Positions 12,036 through 26,344 of a stretch of DNA of 64,000 bases are shown one piece after another (within the stretch, counting starts at the first letter, position 1; the number at the start of each line of letters is the position of its first letter). A program made the translations under genes and the position numbers. The stretch is from Takakia lepidozioides (Eukaryota > Plantae > Bryophyta): assembly GCA_030704615.1 (NCBI GenBank), contig CM060734.1, positions 23,808,001-23,872,000 on the forward strand, read 5' to 3'. The notes beneath the pieces are model-generated. The model made no database searches and was not told the DNA's origin. It saw nothing but the letters and a program-made list of their open reading frames with translations.

Positions 12036-13655
12036 ATGGAGCCCAATATTTTCGATGAACTAGAAAGGGAAGTTGTTCCTGACATCAATGTTGATAATGA
12101 GAGAGCTTTGGTAGAGTGTCATGTTGCGGAGGATGCTCATCATGCAGCCTCATTTACATCAGCTCCTCAAGCCTCGGCTGCAATGTCATCTTCCACAGTT
12201 TCGCCATCACACACGGTGTTGGATGTGGAGGCGCAGCTCCCAGTACTTGAAAAACAACGAGATTTTTGGAAGCCCCACAATCGCACTGCTTCGACATGGG
12301 CATTCTATGCAACAAAAGACTCTGCTCCAGTGGACATAACAAATCCACAACAAATGAGGTGTGTTCTATGTCATCCTGTTGGTATCACTCCTGCAAGCAA
12401 GAAGGGCATTGTGACCTATAATAAAACCAATGGTATCTCTGCCCTTCGAAAACATGTGGATCAAGAACATGACATTGTTTTGCGTAGGTGGATTGAGAGG
12501 GAAAATGAAGGACCTGAGAAGGCCCGTAGGCCATCAAAAAAGAGGCCCGGCCCCACTCTTGGAAACATAGTTTCTTTTTTTGGGAGCTCCACTCCATACA
12601 ACCAAAATGATGATCAACAGAAGCAATTCAATGAGGATTTAGTCTTGTTCATTGCAAAGGAGTGGGTTCCACTGTCTTTGGTAGAATCCCCTTGGCTAAG
12701 AAGGATGGTGTTGAGGCAAAATCCTCGGATTGTTTTCCCTTCTCGACGGACATTTGTGAATGAGACCATTCCAATCTTGGCAGAGAAGACGAAAGAGCGC
12801 TACATGTCCCCATCTCTTCAGAGTTGTGTTACTTGCTCTGTGAGTTTTGATTTGTGGATGTCAAGAGGGGGAACTGACACTTTTGTCATCATAGCGCACT
12901 TTATTAATGAACAGTGGGAGCAATGTCATGTGACTCTTGGCATGTTTGAGACACCTGACACATCTGGGGCTGCCATGGCACATCAAGTCAACAATCTTCT
13001 TGTGAAGTATGGCCTCAATACTCGCATTATTGCTTACGTCAAAGATGAGGGAAGTAACTTGGCAACTTTGACCAATGCTTTGAATTCGGTGGTCTCATGT
13101 GCGTGTTTGGGGTTGGATTCTCCATTTGTGGGTAGCTGTTTTGGGCATGCAATGTCCAAGTGTTGCCAGTATGCAACAAATGATGCAAAAGTATGCGCAG
13201 ATATGAGATCGGTTTCTATAAAAAAAATGCCCAATCAGAATTGCGAAAAACCATTACTTGGACCAAAAAAAATGGCAAAAGGAGACAAGAATGGGCAAAG
13301 GCATGTGTGGACAGCGGCAGTCATCCCCACAAATTGAAGACTCCGGTGAAGACAGAACACGAGTCTCTCTTTCCGTATGTGGGATTTTTTGGCACGGCTA
13401 ATCTTGGGAATAGTTGGATCTCAGATTGAAGCTGAGAGGGTTTTTAGTATTGCAAGTGTCATAACAAGCTTGAGACGGTGCAGGTTAAATATTGAAAACC
13501 TTGATATGCTTGTGAGTGTAGTCAAGAATTGGTCAAATGATGCTAGAGTTGGTTGCTTTAGTACTTCCATGAAAGAGTTTTTGGATAGGGAAGAAGTCCT
13601 CTTAGATGAGAATGAGGACTTGATTGTAGAGGCAAACCTCTTTGAGCCTCTTTGA
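12036..13655 (+). pseudogene. hAT transposase (BED finger, DDE, dimerization domain), frameshifted and internally deleted
   Basis: BED finger TWAFY..MRCVLC..ALRKHVDQEH; SFDLWMS; YVKDEGSN; CFGH; C-terminal SQIEAERVFSIA..RRCRL. Frameshift at ~13225 and deletion at ~13352. Confidence 0.9.
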
Positions 13656-16600
13656 GGTAGAATGATTTGTCTTAGAGACAAATTATTGTTCAACATATTA
13701 CACTATACTCCTTTGATTGGAGTTTGTTTATTTGTCATTTTTATTGAAAATTTCAGTGACATCCCGTGTACTTAGTTTCTTGTATGCTATATCGACAAAG
13801 CATCATCCAAAAAACACAAATTTATGTAGTTTTTTTTAGTTGTGCTTTTGTTGCACCATAAAAGGTAACCATAGAATTACACATGTTTAATTTGTTTTGT
13901 ATTTTGAATTAAGATCCTTATGTAGTTAGTTAGTTTTAGTTGTTCTTTGCTACACCGTACGAAAACTTATAAAATCTCTGGTTTTCCGTTTTTAATGGAG
14001 ACCATGCGTATTTAACTTGTTATGTATACCATAAAAGACAATCACAAAAAACATATAAGTTTATTTACTTCTGTTTTACTAATAAATTCCCTGGTTTTAG
14101 TTGAAAATTCTGAAAATTCAGTATGACCAATTAGATCAGTTCATTTAATTTTCCAGAAGAATAAAAAAAATTAAAAGAATTTAATATATTTTTATAAAAG
14201 AACCGGAACCTAACCGGAACCGGTGTTTTTTTTCCAGAAACTAACCGGTAACCGGAACCGCCCCCATGTTAAAAAGTCAGAACCTGAACCGGACCAGAAC
14301 CGCCTTAATAAAAAATAACCGGATCCAGATCCGGAACCGTCTCTTCAAAAATTTGTGGAACCGGAACCGAAGGTTCCTTCACAAAGGCAAGAACCGCACA
14401 ACACTGGAAAATACCAGTCAGTAATAGCTGAAAATAAAATGACAAATCAACCTCCTGAAGAGGCACCATCATCACCTCACCAGATCTGCAAGAAACATTA
14501 TAGGGTGGGAGGTGTGGGGTATTTTTTAGGATACCCCCTTTCCTAATAGAAGGATATTCCCCTAAAAGTTGAATACAAAAGCAATCATCTTATTGAGAAG
14601 GGCAATGTATTGAGTGAAACTGGTTTTCATGCCCATTTTTTTAAAATAAAAATAAAAAGTAACTGTAACATCATTGTCATCTAATGTTAGTTACGATTCA
14701 ACTGCAGTTTAATCCAAACCAACTGGGTGTAAATGTGTAATACTGTGACTTTTTGTTTCATTATATGGCTCTGTTTACTTACCAGAAATCTTTGGTATAA
14801 CACTCTTAAGCCTTTGAAACATCAGTCTGTATTGGTTCCCTCATCATTAAAGTTGTGACAGGGGCTGCATTTACATGAAAGGAAAAATTCCATAGTAATC
14901 CCATTGCTATAAAGCCTATGGTTTGATTATATCATTCATCATGACACTGATTTCCAAGTTAGACTGCAACCAGAAGCCTTATGTGGAGCTTACCCTGGTT
15001 TGCAAGCAAGATTCCCTGGAGTGTTTAATTTACATGCTATGGAGAAACAAATTCACCATATACCAGCCTGATATCAGGTTATAAAAACCAGGCTATAAGG
15101 TATTACTCCAAAGCCTTATCAGACTTCAGTGATATTGGTAAACACACTCAACAAGCATAAAACTCTAAAGTCAACATCTCAAGCACTTGAATCATTTGCC
15201 TTTTCTTGTACTCTAACCGTATAGGTTATGACGGCAAATGATTCCAAGAACTGAGATTGTAGTTCATGGCATCCATGTTATGATGAAACATGAGGAAATC
15301 TCAGTTTTATCACAGATCAAAGCACCAACTACAAAGTTGTACCCTGAATTGATCTACAACTACAAGTACTGGAGCTTTGAACAGTGTGTGACCAGACTGT
15401 CTCTCTGGTTAACACCTTTCAAAAACTAGGTATTCATAAACACATACCTAGCCTCTGAAAACAGGGATCTTTAAATGAAGCTTCCATATAAGAGCTGTTT
15501 CCAAACAAATACTGTTACCATGTATGCCAGTCCACTGTATGTTTCTGACCAGTATGGCCAGTGAACATTATGTTACTGTTTGAAACATGTATCCTACTTA
15601 GAACCAGCATGAGATCCAGGGCAGAGCATATTAATTCATGTTTTTAGATTTCTGTCCCCTAGCCCATTAATCATAGCTGATTTAAACCCAGGTTCTCAGT
15701 GTAATATAATCAACCAGTGGCCTATGCAAAATGACATTAGAATCCACTCTAAGTAGTGTAGATTCCCTTGTGTTTTGTCAAAACAAGCTTAAGGAGAAAC
15801 AAGAAACATCAGTTTCATAGAGTTCCCTAGTTCTTATGTGCTACTCATCTGAAGACAAACAGGGTGACTAATGAAGACCTCCCCTGTCTCCTCCGAGCAA
15901 CCTCATCTGTAAATGTCATGCCATAGTCTCCAATCTTCCATTTCTCCAATGCATCCTACACCCCAAGTGTTCATAAAAGGCAGAAGACCCTCACCTGTCG
16001 CCCCTCCCAAAAACAAACACAACAGTGAGTGTTAGTGAGGTAGCTAAAGGTGCATAGCGGGTCTGCTGCGCTTGCTATCGCTTTCCAGAATGAATTCCTG
16101 AGATTGTAACATACAAAGGAGACTTGAAGTAACCAGCAAAGCTCTGAGTTCTTGAGGAGAGATTGTGGCTAGAGAAATGATCAAACACATAAAAGATTAT
16201 AACATTCTGTGCACGGAATACAAACCACAACCCCTGTTGGATTTGTCATTTGCAAAAACATCCAGATGGTCATTCATAACCTTAATGGCTTGTGCTAAGT
16301 TTGCCTGCGACATCGCTGGTCCAAGCAGATCGCCGGAGCGCTCCAGCGACACCAAAATCAAGATATCCAAAGCAAGACCAAGGTACAAAACCCCAAATTG
16401 GAACCAGCTTAGAGTTATCACCTCTCGGAGGTCACACAGCAAAGATAAGACAAGTTGCGATTCGGTTGAATCACTGCAGCTTGACAAGGGTATTACTATG
16501 ACACCTGCGATGGAAAACCAAGAACGACAGTCTTGTAGAATGTAGTGCAAAACAGCTAGGCAGACGTCTTTGATCAGCTAAGGAGTATGAATCCTCAACA

Positions 16601-17547
16601 CCCGTGATCCCTAGCGTGGTATGACAACCCTGGAGGCAAGAAAAAAGAAAACAATGAAGGGAAAGAAAACACCTTCTCTGTTTTATGATTGCCCAGGAGT
16701 CACATTTGATTTGTCGTAGCAGAGGGGAGATCTGCTGTTTGTCAGGTCACGATCCCACTGCTGTAACGTACCACCGCCAGCTCACCATTTTTCTGTAAGC
16801 TTACGGAAGAATGATAGCACGGCGCGTAGAGAGGATCTCCCCTTTGCGTGTTTATCATCAGAGGCTAGGGTCTCTGATATTAGTTCGGCAGCTTGCAAAT
16901 CGCGAATCAGCCAGGATACTCACCACCCATTCCTCGCCATAAAACTTACATAGTCTGGATACCAGCTTATTGCTGTAGTATCCTACAACTCCTTGTCCCT
17001 TGTATCTCAAACACAGATTTAGGGTCTCAATCAATGATTACCCTGCAGACATCGAAGCAAATGTATCCTGTTTTCCCAGTCTCATTTGAAATCCAATCGT
17101 TTCACTACTGGAATCGTAATCGGGACCATTCTGTCATAGGCATAATACCTTGTCATCTGCATACTCATCATGACAAGGTGTTCCCTGATTTCTGAAAAGA
17201 TATGTGCCGCTCTAAAAAAATCACGCCGTGCAGCACTCATATCCAGAACATATGTTTCTTTTTCAAGGAGCTTGTATAGTGACAATCCAAACAGTTCCTT
17301 GTAATGGATGGGATCTGTTCTTCTCAAATCGATTTCTTCTGGAGCAATCATGTCAGTAACACTGAACCGTTTTCGAGGGCTCCTGTGTCATCATTAAACG
17401 AGCAGTGCCATGTATAGAGGATCACCCGCCCTTTGTTGTACCATAGCAGATTTACAGTGGCATTGTCGGGTTCCAAAGCACATCAAAACACATTTTTTGG
17501 ATTGTTAAACAATCTTGCTGTCCAAGAAAAGCAGCTCTAGGATCCAT

Positions 17548-17760
17548 ATATCCTCTAGAAATCCCTTCACACAAGCATCAATCTACTGTGTGTGGTTTAC
17601 TCAATAACTAGGCCCCAGAAGGGCCTGGGCTTTTGGCTCAGCCTCGAGACTTTCAAAGTTAATGGTAAACAGAGGTAAAGTAAGTAGAGAGAGGGAGAGG
17701 GAGAGAGCGAGAATGTACTCATAAGACGCTGTTTGCAGTAGCCTTGTGGCCATAGACCCG
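17548..17760 (-). mobile_element. Two short fragments of the RTE/RTEX LINE found at 59-61 kb
   Basis: 17548-17677 matches 59178-59298 (PLFT.NFESLEAEPKAQALL). 17711-17760 matches the LINE 3' end TGTACTCATAAGACG.TGTTTGC.GTAGCCTTGTGGCCAT. Confidence 0.8.
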
Positions 17761-18257
17761 GAGAGAGAGAGAGAAGGCCGGGGGGGGGGGGGGGGGGGGG
17801 GGTTGTGGGGTGGGGGGTGTGTGTTGTACAATGACCCTCTTTGGCTTGTTACAGTCTTTCAACTACTGAGCCGTATGAAGATGCTCGAGGAAGGATCAGG
17901 ATAGTCCATGCACCACTACACTAAGAAAGCAGCTTTCTCATGCGAACAAGAAAACACAGAGCGTCCTAAAAGATTGTATAAAGATATAAACTGAGCGAGT
18001 GTTAGAAACTTACTATGTGGGAGCACAACTTCACATAGGTGGGTTGCACATCCAGCTCTATTCACCAAGACCTTCAGTTCCAGGCATTTGAATTTTCCTA
18101 ACCAGGTCCTCACAACAGAGGCTCGAGCAATTCTTCTCACTCTGTGCTTGTCCCAAAAATCCCTCTTGACCTAGTCAGGTAGATGTGTTGTGAAAATAAG
18201 GAAGGAATCCATGTGAAGAGGTCTATAAGTGGCATTACCTAAAGCATTGAACAGGTC

Positions 18258-18290
<33 letters not shown>

Positions 18291-20412
18291 ATGCTTTTCT
18301 AGAACATCGAATTGTGAGTGTCTAAGAAAGTAGAGTTTCTTCAGGGTCAGCACATGGCCTGGTTGCCAATGTCATTGTTTTCCAGACCCTTCTTAGATTT
18401 TTCAAGTTGATGATTGTGTGTTAATACCAGTATTTATAGACCCCAGGTTATGAAGTAGGTGATTACAATTTGCATGTATACGTCATTGGTAGAGACAACC
18501 TGCTTGTACACAAAATCATATCTGCACACCTCCCCCCAACTATAAGGCTAATAATTACATCTCTCATTTTTGTGATTGTTCTACTTTTCGGGCAAGAACT
18601 GTCATAGAGCACAGACCTAAACCTGGGGGATAAGGGGAGAATGTCTCCCAACAAGTCTAGAATACCCTGCCTTATGAGAAGGGGGTGCAGAAGTCACCAC
18701 ACTCGAAAATGACACAAGCTAATTTGTAGGGGGTATCGTGATCACGGTTTTCTGATTCTGGTCCTAGAAGTGCCAATCCCGCAAATGTCCCCTTCTTGTG
18801 CAATGGTTCTGGATCCTTGTAGAACTCAAAGGAAGCCATTGGGTGAAACTAGAACTTTCATCTATGGGCAATAATCAAATTGACCCTCATGGTGGAACAC
18901 AAAACGCTGGCCGACTGGGGAGGTGAAAGTAGTCGCCCTGCTGGCCAGCTTCCAAATCCAAAATGATTTCCGGCTCTTTTTCCTTCTCTTCGTCTGCGAA
19001 TCCACCCGCCATTCGTTTGCCCAATGTAAGCTGCATATGCACTAGTTCACACTTTCACACACGTAATTAGCTCAAATTTAATAGGGCTGCATTGGACATC
19101 TTTGAAAAAGACATCCAACAATTGGGTACTTGAAACAGACATAGAGAAAGCAAGAAACGAGCCTTTCAGAGACCTGCCAAACGCTGCCAAGGACGACAAA
19201 TCTGTAGAAAGACAGGGTTCAGCACTTTATTCCCTTTCTCATCGTTGTCTTTTTCGTATGCGCTCCTATCGTATTGGGGGCCGATGAACCAGGCGTGAGG
19301 CCACCGCACCCTGCTTGTGAGTAGTCTCTATTCTGTTCATGCATACAGTCACAAACACGAGGTGGTCACCCACACGCTCCTGGAAGCAATCACCCTCCTT
19401 CCTCCATTTCTCCGCCTATACCCCTACAAATTGCTTCAAAGCCAGAATTTCACACAATCAACAGAACGAATTGAATCTCTTAGAGATTGAATACTTGTTC
19501 CTAGAGGTCACAGGCTCCCATCACACTACAGCAGGAGCCGGCAACCCCCAACATGTACGTGAGCAGTGACCGCATTGCGTTACGTTTTTTCTTAACTTCG
19601 TACATTCTCATCTTCGGGTAGCAAGGGACAAATAAAGCAGCCTCACCTCGTCAAGTGCAGAGGCGGAGCCCAGCAGAGCCTCGAGCGCCTTCAATTCCTG
19701 CCATTGCATCATCTTCCTCCCCGTCTTCGAATCCCCCCGCCCCCTTTCCCCCGCTCCAGGAGGTCGGTCATGGCCGGCAACCGCCCTGGATGGATAGAGG
19801 AATTCATCCGTCAGTGGATTCTGTGGAAGCTTCCAGGGAGAGTCGTGGGTTAGTCCGCAGCCCTAGCCGATGCTGCGCAGGCGGAGTGTGAGGAATCATC
19901 GGAGCTGCAGCGTAGCTGGGGTTTGAGGGATCGAGAGGTCTGTTTGGGAGTTCCTCACACATTCATTGAGGGGCACAGATGGAGTGAGTTTTGGGTTGAT
20001 TCAGCTCAAGGAGTTGAAAGCGGTGGAGTCGACTGGGATCCAGCTAGCTGGGCACATAGATGTATCTTGCGCATAGCGTCCAGCGATCATGTCTTTTTAG
20101 TATCGTGGCGGAATCCTTTTTCCAGGAGGCGCATTAGTAATTCTCGGGCTCTGGGTTGAGTTTGCAGAGCTTTGATGAGATCGTAGATTTTTAGTGTGCG
20201 TCAGTTGCATGCCTTCACAAGAGGAGCACCGACCTCTGCAGTCACGTCGTCGAGGAGGATGATGGATCACCGAATCCCTTTTATGTAGTTTGAAGAGGAC
20301 GGACTTAGTCATCATGGTGAGCGGGATGGGGGAAGAACCGGAGCATTGGGCATGGGAAGTATCTCTTAGCGGAAGTTTGTTCAGTGATGCAACTGAGCAG
20401 GGAAAGTTCAGA

Positions 20413-22938
20413 ATGTACAGCCAATTTATGAGTTCACAGACAACTCGGAAGTCAGCTGATTATTCAGTTTTTCAGTGTCATGGCTTTCTTTCGTTCGTTT
20501 TGGTGCTGAACCTTTTCATTCATGTAGTTAAAGCCGACCAGCATACAACAAGATTTTCGCATTGTCCCTCCCCTACCTTGGTAGATATATTCTTACCTCT
20601 GCAGGACCGGTGTCCGGCTGCTGATCATAATGTGCACTCGTCTACGCCGATGGTTCCTCGAGTTGCAGAGGTATGTATGCAGCCCGGCTTTCAACCAGGA
20701 AGAAGTGCGCTACTTCGCTAGATATTGACCAACCCAGATTAGCGTTTTGGAAAGGTTTCGACTCTCATTGCCAATCTCTGGAGGTGGGGGTTGCCAGAGC
20801 GGACACAGCATAGACAGGGTCCTGGAGTGGGCTTTCCCTTTTTGATTTTACGGGACTGCAGTTCAATACCAAGATGGCAGTAGGACTTCATCAGGGTAAT
20901 CGTGTTTACTGCGCAGTACCCACAATTTGGACTGCTCAGGCAGCCCGTCTCTCAATATGAAAGTCATTTCTGCCCTTTTGAAATATTCCATGAAGGCCAA
21001 ACATGGAGCTGCACCACAGGGATTCCCCCCCCCCTGCTAGCCTGGGTAGGCAGGGTTTAGCCCTGGCTATAGTCTGTACAAGCCTGTGGCACAGAGACAA
21101 CCTTAAACATTATCCATTTGTGGCCAAAGAGCGCCACAGTTATGTGGAGCTTCTTATCAGCCAAGTGGGACTCAAGGAAAGGAAGCAGAGAATTTTAGGT
21201 GTCAATGTTTGGTAATGTCTGCACATTTCCGCGCTCTTGAGGAAGCTATGAACCTTTTGTTAATAATGAGTTGATGCACGCCAGAACGATTGTAACTCAA
21301 ACATTGAATAATGCTACAATGTTGGAGGCATTACGATATTTAAGGGTAGCTACTCACGTGGATTGTGTTGTGCATATTTTGCAGCTAAATGAAACTACGT
21401 TGGAAAAGGCTTTGGATCTAGTGCATAATAGCAATGGAACCTACATGACAGTCCTATACTATGCAAACTGGTGCCCCTTCTCGAAGAAGTTGCATCCTGT
21501 GTATGATGTGCTCTCCTCGGTCTTCCCCTCAGTCCATCATGTGGCTGTAGAGGAGGCTGCTGTCAGGCCAAGGTTAGCGTCATTTTGTGATTAATCCCAT
21601 GGAATTGCACATGTGAGTGCTCGCAAAGTTCTGATTCAAGTTTTCTCCTCTTTGTACGGCGGAGCCCTCAGAACTGTGCAGTTAGGATTAGTTGGGCTTT
21701 CCATGTCCACAAAGCTTTGTCATCTGCAGCCTAGACAGTGTTGAAACTATATCCAGTTTCTATCAAATTTCAATTGCACCCTTTTATGCCTGCCTGGTTT
21801 TTCTAGTGCTAAGGAGCTATTCCTGCTCATAATAGTCTCTGGAGTATGTGGACTGGCCCCTTGATGGTTAACTTGAGTCTGGAATTATCGTCAGCCTCCC
21901 ATGCCATGTGTAAACTTGTTATTCTCCTAACTCTTGCCCCTGTACTTGTTTTGCAGCGTACTTTCGCAGTATGGAGTTCACAGCTTCCCCACAATTTTTG
22001 TGCACAACAGGACAGCAAGAGTGCGGTACCATGGGCCCAGGACACTCAAGGATTTTGTTTCGTTTTATGAGAACTATACAGGTAAGTAGATTGAGTTTGG
22101 AGTTAAAGGAGAGCTTGCTGGATCTTCTAGTTCTTAGATTTGTTTTGGTGACTAGAAGGCCACTGTGGGGTTTTGACTTCTGGAACTAAGTGTATTTTCT
22201 AAAGCATAGTTTCTGAGTCTCATACTACCTGTCAAGCAATAAGACGTTCTGGGAATGCAGTTGACCAAGAGCACAAATGGTGGACCTCACGCTTTTGTAA
22301 GTCCATCTTGAAATCATGATTGCTCGTTCCATTGCTTTCATCTGTCCTGATGAAGCTCTATCCTGAAATCACAACTGGCAGGTCTGCAACCTGCATCCAA
22401 AGGCAAACTGTTGAAGGGTGAAGATTGTCCTTTCGCAAGCTTGGTGTTCACTGCAGTCAACGGAAGCAAGGTTGTCTGCCCCTATCCCTGGGCAATCTCC
22501 CCACAAAAATGGCTGCAGGATGACGCCTATTTGACTCTGGCAACTTTGTTCCTTGTTCTAAGGGTGATGTACTTTGTGCTCCCCGTGGTGGCTTCTGTTT
22601 TGAAGCGGCGCTGGAATATGAGACACAACTCTTTGAGGGAAAATCTCTTGGCTTCATTTGAACGTAGTCAGCTGGCTGGCAACTCAGCTCAGAATGTGGA
22701 CAATGGAGAGCTTGCAAAGGTAGGCAGAACCCAAGCAAGCGGGGTGGGAGGCATCTCTGTGCCAGGCTGGTTGCCCTCGCCACGCCAAATGGCACCATCC
22801 GGCTCATCAGCAGGCCCCTTGGCACTTGCTGAAAGCAGTTCGAGCCGAGCAGGACAATTAGAGGAAGTATGTGAGGTGGGTGGGAGGTTACGCAAGGTTG
22901 ATCTAGAACGTTCTCATAGGAGCCCCTGGCGTTACTAG
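20413..22938 (+). CDS. APRL: 5'-adenylylsulfate reductase-like (APRL) thioredoxin-fold membrane protein; exons ~20413-20670, 21385-21572, 21957-22081, 22382-22938
   Basis: Signal-like FLSFVLVLNLFIHVVKA; YYANWCPFS thioredoxin motif; SVLSQYGVHSFPTIF..RVRYHGPRTL; CPYPWAISPQKWLQDDAYLTLATLFLVLR TM segment. GT-AG phases are consistent. Start codon uncertain. Confidence 0.88.
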
Positions 22939-22991
22939 CCCTGCTTCAGTTTTCTTTTCACTTTGTTTGAGTCAGAGTCATATTAGAAAAG

Positions 22992-23760
22992 CAGACTTGT
23001 GATACTGATGTGTTTGGTTTCTTCTGATATCTCATCTGTACATATTAATTATAAAGGAATGGAGCCAGTTGGCCTTTCCATTTCGGTCCACCCTCGCCCA
23101 GTGCTGTAGTGCCACAATTGTCACGGGTTTGGTGTGAGTATATATACAGAGATCCTTGGTGACAACACACATTAGATTTTTGTGATGTGAATGGTCCCAA
23201 TTTCATGCAGCAGCAGCATGCAGACATTTCTATTTGGTGCCCATCTCCCAGACTCCATTTTGCATGTCTCCTACTAGGGATGTGGATGCATCTGAAGTTG
23301 TTGATAGTACAAGAAACCAATACACCAACACAGTCATTTGAAAGAAGAGGATGTAACTGAAATCGGAGAAGATGACACAGGATAGAGAGGTTGACATGTA
23401 GCTTGCAAACAGGAGGGAGAAAAGTAGACTGTTGTGATACTGAAGTGTTTAGTTTCTTCTGACATCTCATCTGTACATATGGGAATGGAGCCAGTTGGTC
23501 TTATGATTTCGGACCATCCTCCAAGTGCCACAACTACAGTGGTGTGGGAATATATGGGGAGATCCTTGTTGACAACACATTGTTGTGATGTGAATGATTT
23601 CCCAGTTGAATGCTGCAGCAGCAGTGCGCAGACATTTCTATTTTGATGCCCACCTCCTAGACTCTATAATCTCTATTCTGCACTCTTACTTTGTGGGTTC
23701 ATAATACAAGAATCAATACAGCAACACAGTCATTTGAAAGAAGAGAAATTAGAGAAGACA
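22992..23760 (+). repeat. Diverged ~430-bp tandem duplication downstream of APRL
   Basis: GTGATACTGA.GTGTTT.GTTTCTTCTGA.ATCTCATCTGTACAT and CAACACAGTCATTTGAAAGAAGAG each occur twice. Confidence 0.8.
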
Positions 23761-25559
23761 ACACAGCACAGAAATGTGGCTTTGCTGCAAAGAGGAGGGA
23801 CAAAATGTACTCATAAAACTGTGTGGTGAGGTTGGAGGTGATGACCAGCCAACCATAGGAGTGCTTGCGGTGGATGCAGGCGCAGGTGTAGGTTATATTA
23901 GGAACCTAGTATTCCAAACCATAAGCCGCAACAGGTTCTCTATCCGGTTACCTTGTGGAGAGGGGGTTAGGGACATGTTCATGACCGGTTGAGTGACAGT
24001 TTACGGAGGTGCCACTAGTTGCTGGGGACAGTGCCAGTTCGAGCACTAGCGATACTAGTGGGTACACAAGACGAGGTGTGCGGTTTAGGCCACCTTCATC
24101 TCTTGTGTCTTCTACAGAAGGTTCTGATTCGGATTGTGAATCGGGAGGACTCACACAAGCGGTGCAAGTTGTTTCTTTGACATTGTTGTGGGACACAATG
24201 GGGGAGATGTATAGAGCTACCAAGGGGCCACGTAGGTACTTTGGAGCAGTGGGCACCATTGAGCCGGACGATTTTATCCAAGAGTTTGATAGTTGGTGTG
24301 ATTTGCAGCAAATGCGCAATCCACAATTGTTTACCCATTTTATGGCATGGAAAGGGCTATTTCAGCACCTTGAGGGGCCGCCCATGGATGATTACCATGA
24401 GTTCAGGCGGGGGCATGAGGTTGAGATCGAGGAGTGGAGGATGTACTAATCACCCGACTATGTCTCCATCACTACGGGCACTAGAGCCACGAGGGCAGTG
24501 GCTACACCTGTCGTTGCACCGGCAGCTTCAACAAGCAGCAGTGGGACTAGTGGGATTGGTGGTACCGTAGCTATGACGTCCTTAAGCCACTACCGCACCA
24601 GCACCAGTACCTGTGCCTGCTTTCAAGCCTGCTGTGGAGTTCTTCAAAGAGTTGAGAGGGAACTACCAAGGGGTGAGGACAGAGAAGTTGCAAAACTTGC
24701 AAGAGTTCCAACACAAACCTACTAAGAGCTTGAGGGAGGCTTTCACTCGCATGAGGTGCTTAATAAATGTAACCCAAGGGGTTACGGAAGCTCAGGCAGT
24801 CCAATTTTGGTATGAGATATTGGACAAGGAGCTGAGGAAAAGGGTCTCTCCTACAAGCGGCCCAACCCACCTTAGCAAATGTGTTTTTACTGGCAGAGCG
24901 GATAAAGCTCAACATGGTGGAGGAACGGTGGGATTTGCTAAGGAGACACCACGGGGTAGTGGTGCTCTTAGCCAACCACTACCTCAACGTGCTCAAGGCA
25001 ACAAGGGAGCCCAGGTGAAGCCCAGGGAAGGACAGAGAGGACCTCAGATGCAGGGGTCTCTTCCTTCATTTGCACGCCAACGCGTATGGAGGCAAGCCGT
25101 CAGGCTAGGCTTCCTCAGTCATTCACATTGGCGGAGACAATGTCGATGTCATCCATGGCACCTAGTTCTCGTCCGACTGTTATCGAGGCGAAGGTTACTA
25201 TGCCATTGGGGAGAGCTACACGGGCAGCACCACTACCTAGTGTTGTCAAGGCTACGGCAGCTAGTGTGCTGTTGGGGGTGGCCACATCTGTGTGTCAGGC
25301 TCCATTGTTCTCAGCTACTGTGATTGCGACGCCGGGGATAAGACCAGCTGAGGTGTTCAGGCTGGCAACACTCTGTGAGAGTGGGGAGGTTACTTCATCT
25401 TCTACGGAGATAGTGGGAGGTGTAGTACCGGAGGGATCCTCGGATTTGAGGGTCAAGACTGCCACGGCGGCGCCATGGCAAGCTGCAGCTGCCAAGTTGA
25501 TGGAGCTGCCAGCTAGGCCAGCCATTGAGCGCGCCATGTTGACACCTGGAGTTGTCATG

Positions 25560-25950
25560 TTAGACAACCAGGATTGCATTTTTTGTTTGAGTGGACCGGC
25601 AGGCAAGAGATACCGGCCACTGCGAGTCTTGTTGGACTCGGGAGCTCAGCCATTGATGTTGGGCAGAGCTGCGATTGCAGGCTTGGGCCTCACGGAGGCG
25701 GATATGGAGCCTTGTCATTTCTAGATACAGACATCTCTGGGAGGATCGTAGCAGGTTCGGGGCATGACACGACGTGAGTTGGCTATTAGACTACAGCCGG
25801 ATCACCCTACAGATAGCTCAGTGATGCAAGCCAAGGCCATTGTGACATACGCGGTCTCGTACGATGTTCTGGTTGGTGGGGCAATGTTGTACCCCATGGG
25901 CTTCACCCTGGATTTTTGGGAGGAGTCAGCTTCCTATAGGCCTGGATGGC
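25560..25950 (+). pseudogene. Retroviral-type aspartic protease of DNMT-gypsy copy 1
   Basis: RVLLDSGAQPLMLG (D-S-G) and downstream YDVLVGGAMLYPMGF. Confidence 0.8.
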
Positions 25951-26344
25951 AGTCAGGGGCGGGCAGGTGTGTGCAGCTCCCTGTGACGTTCATAGGAGGA
26001 GTTGCGGTTGCCCAGCGACGCAAGATGCCGACACTAGCACATTCACAGCTGCAGTGACTTGGCCTGGAGAGTTGCTAGAAGGCAACGCTCATTCAGAGGA
26101 TGGCACACCTCCAGAAGAGCAGAATGACATGTATGGTATGGTGGAGTTGTCTGCCATGGTTGCTCAAACTCCATTGTGGGGCACGAATAAGGATTTGCAG
26201 CGGGTGGCTGATTGACGGGTGCAACAAGCCTGGGTAGAGGCTTTTGTACCATCAGGAGAGAAGAGTGCGGGGATTGCACCAGGACCACCTCAGTTGTCTC
26301 CATTGGACAACACACCTATTGTGTGGCAGTATCCGGATACAGGC

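Larger units (their letters stand above)
9488..14406 (+). mobile_element. hAT DNA transposon, intact termini, defective transposase
   Basis: TIRs CAGTGTTG / CAACACTG. 8-bp TSD GAAAATAC at 9480-9487 and 14407-14414. GAACCGG/CCGGTTC subterminal repeats at both ends. Confidence 0.95.

Noticed and set aside
17779-17802. Poly-G run as a G-quadruplex element
   Set aside because: Simple repeat beside (GA)n; its length is unreliable and there is no functional evidence.
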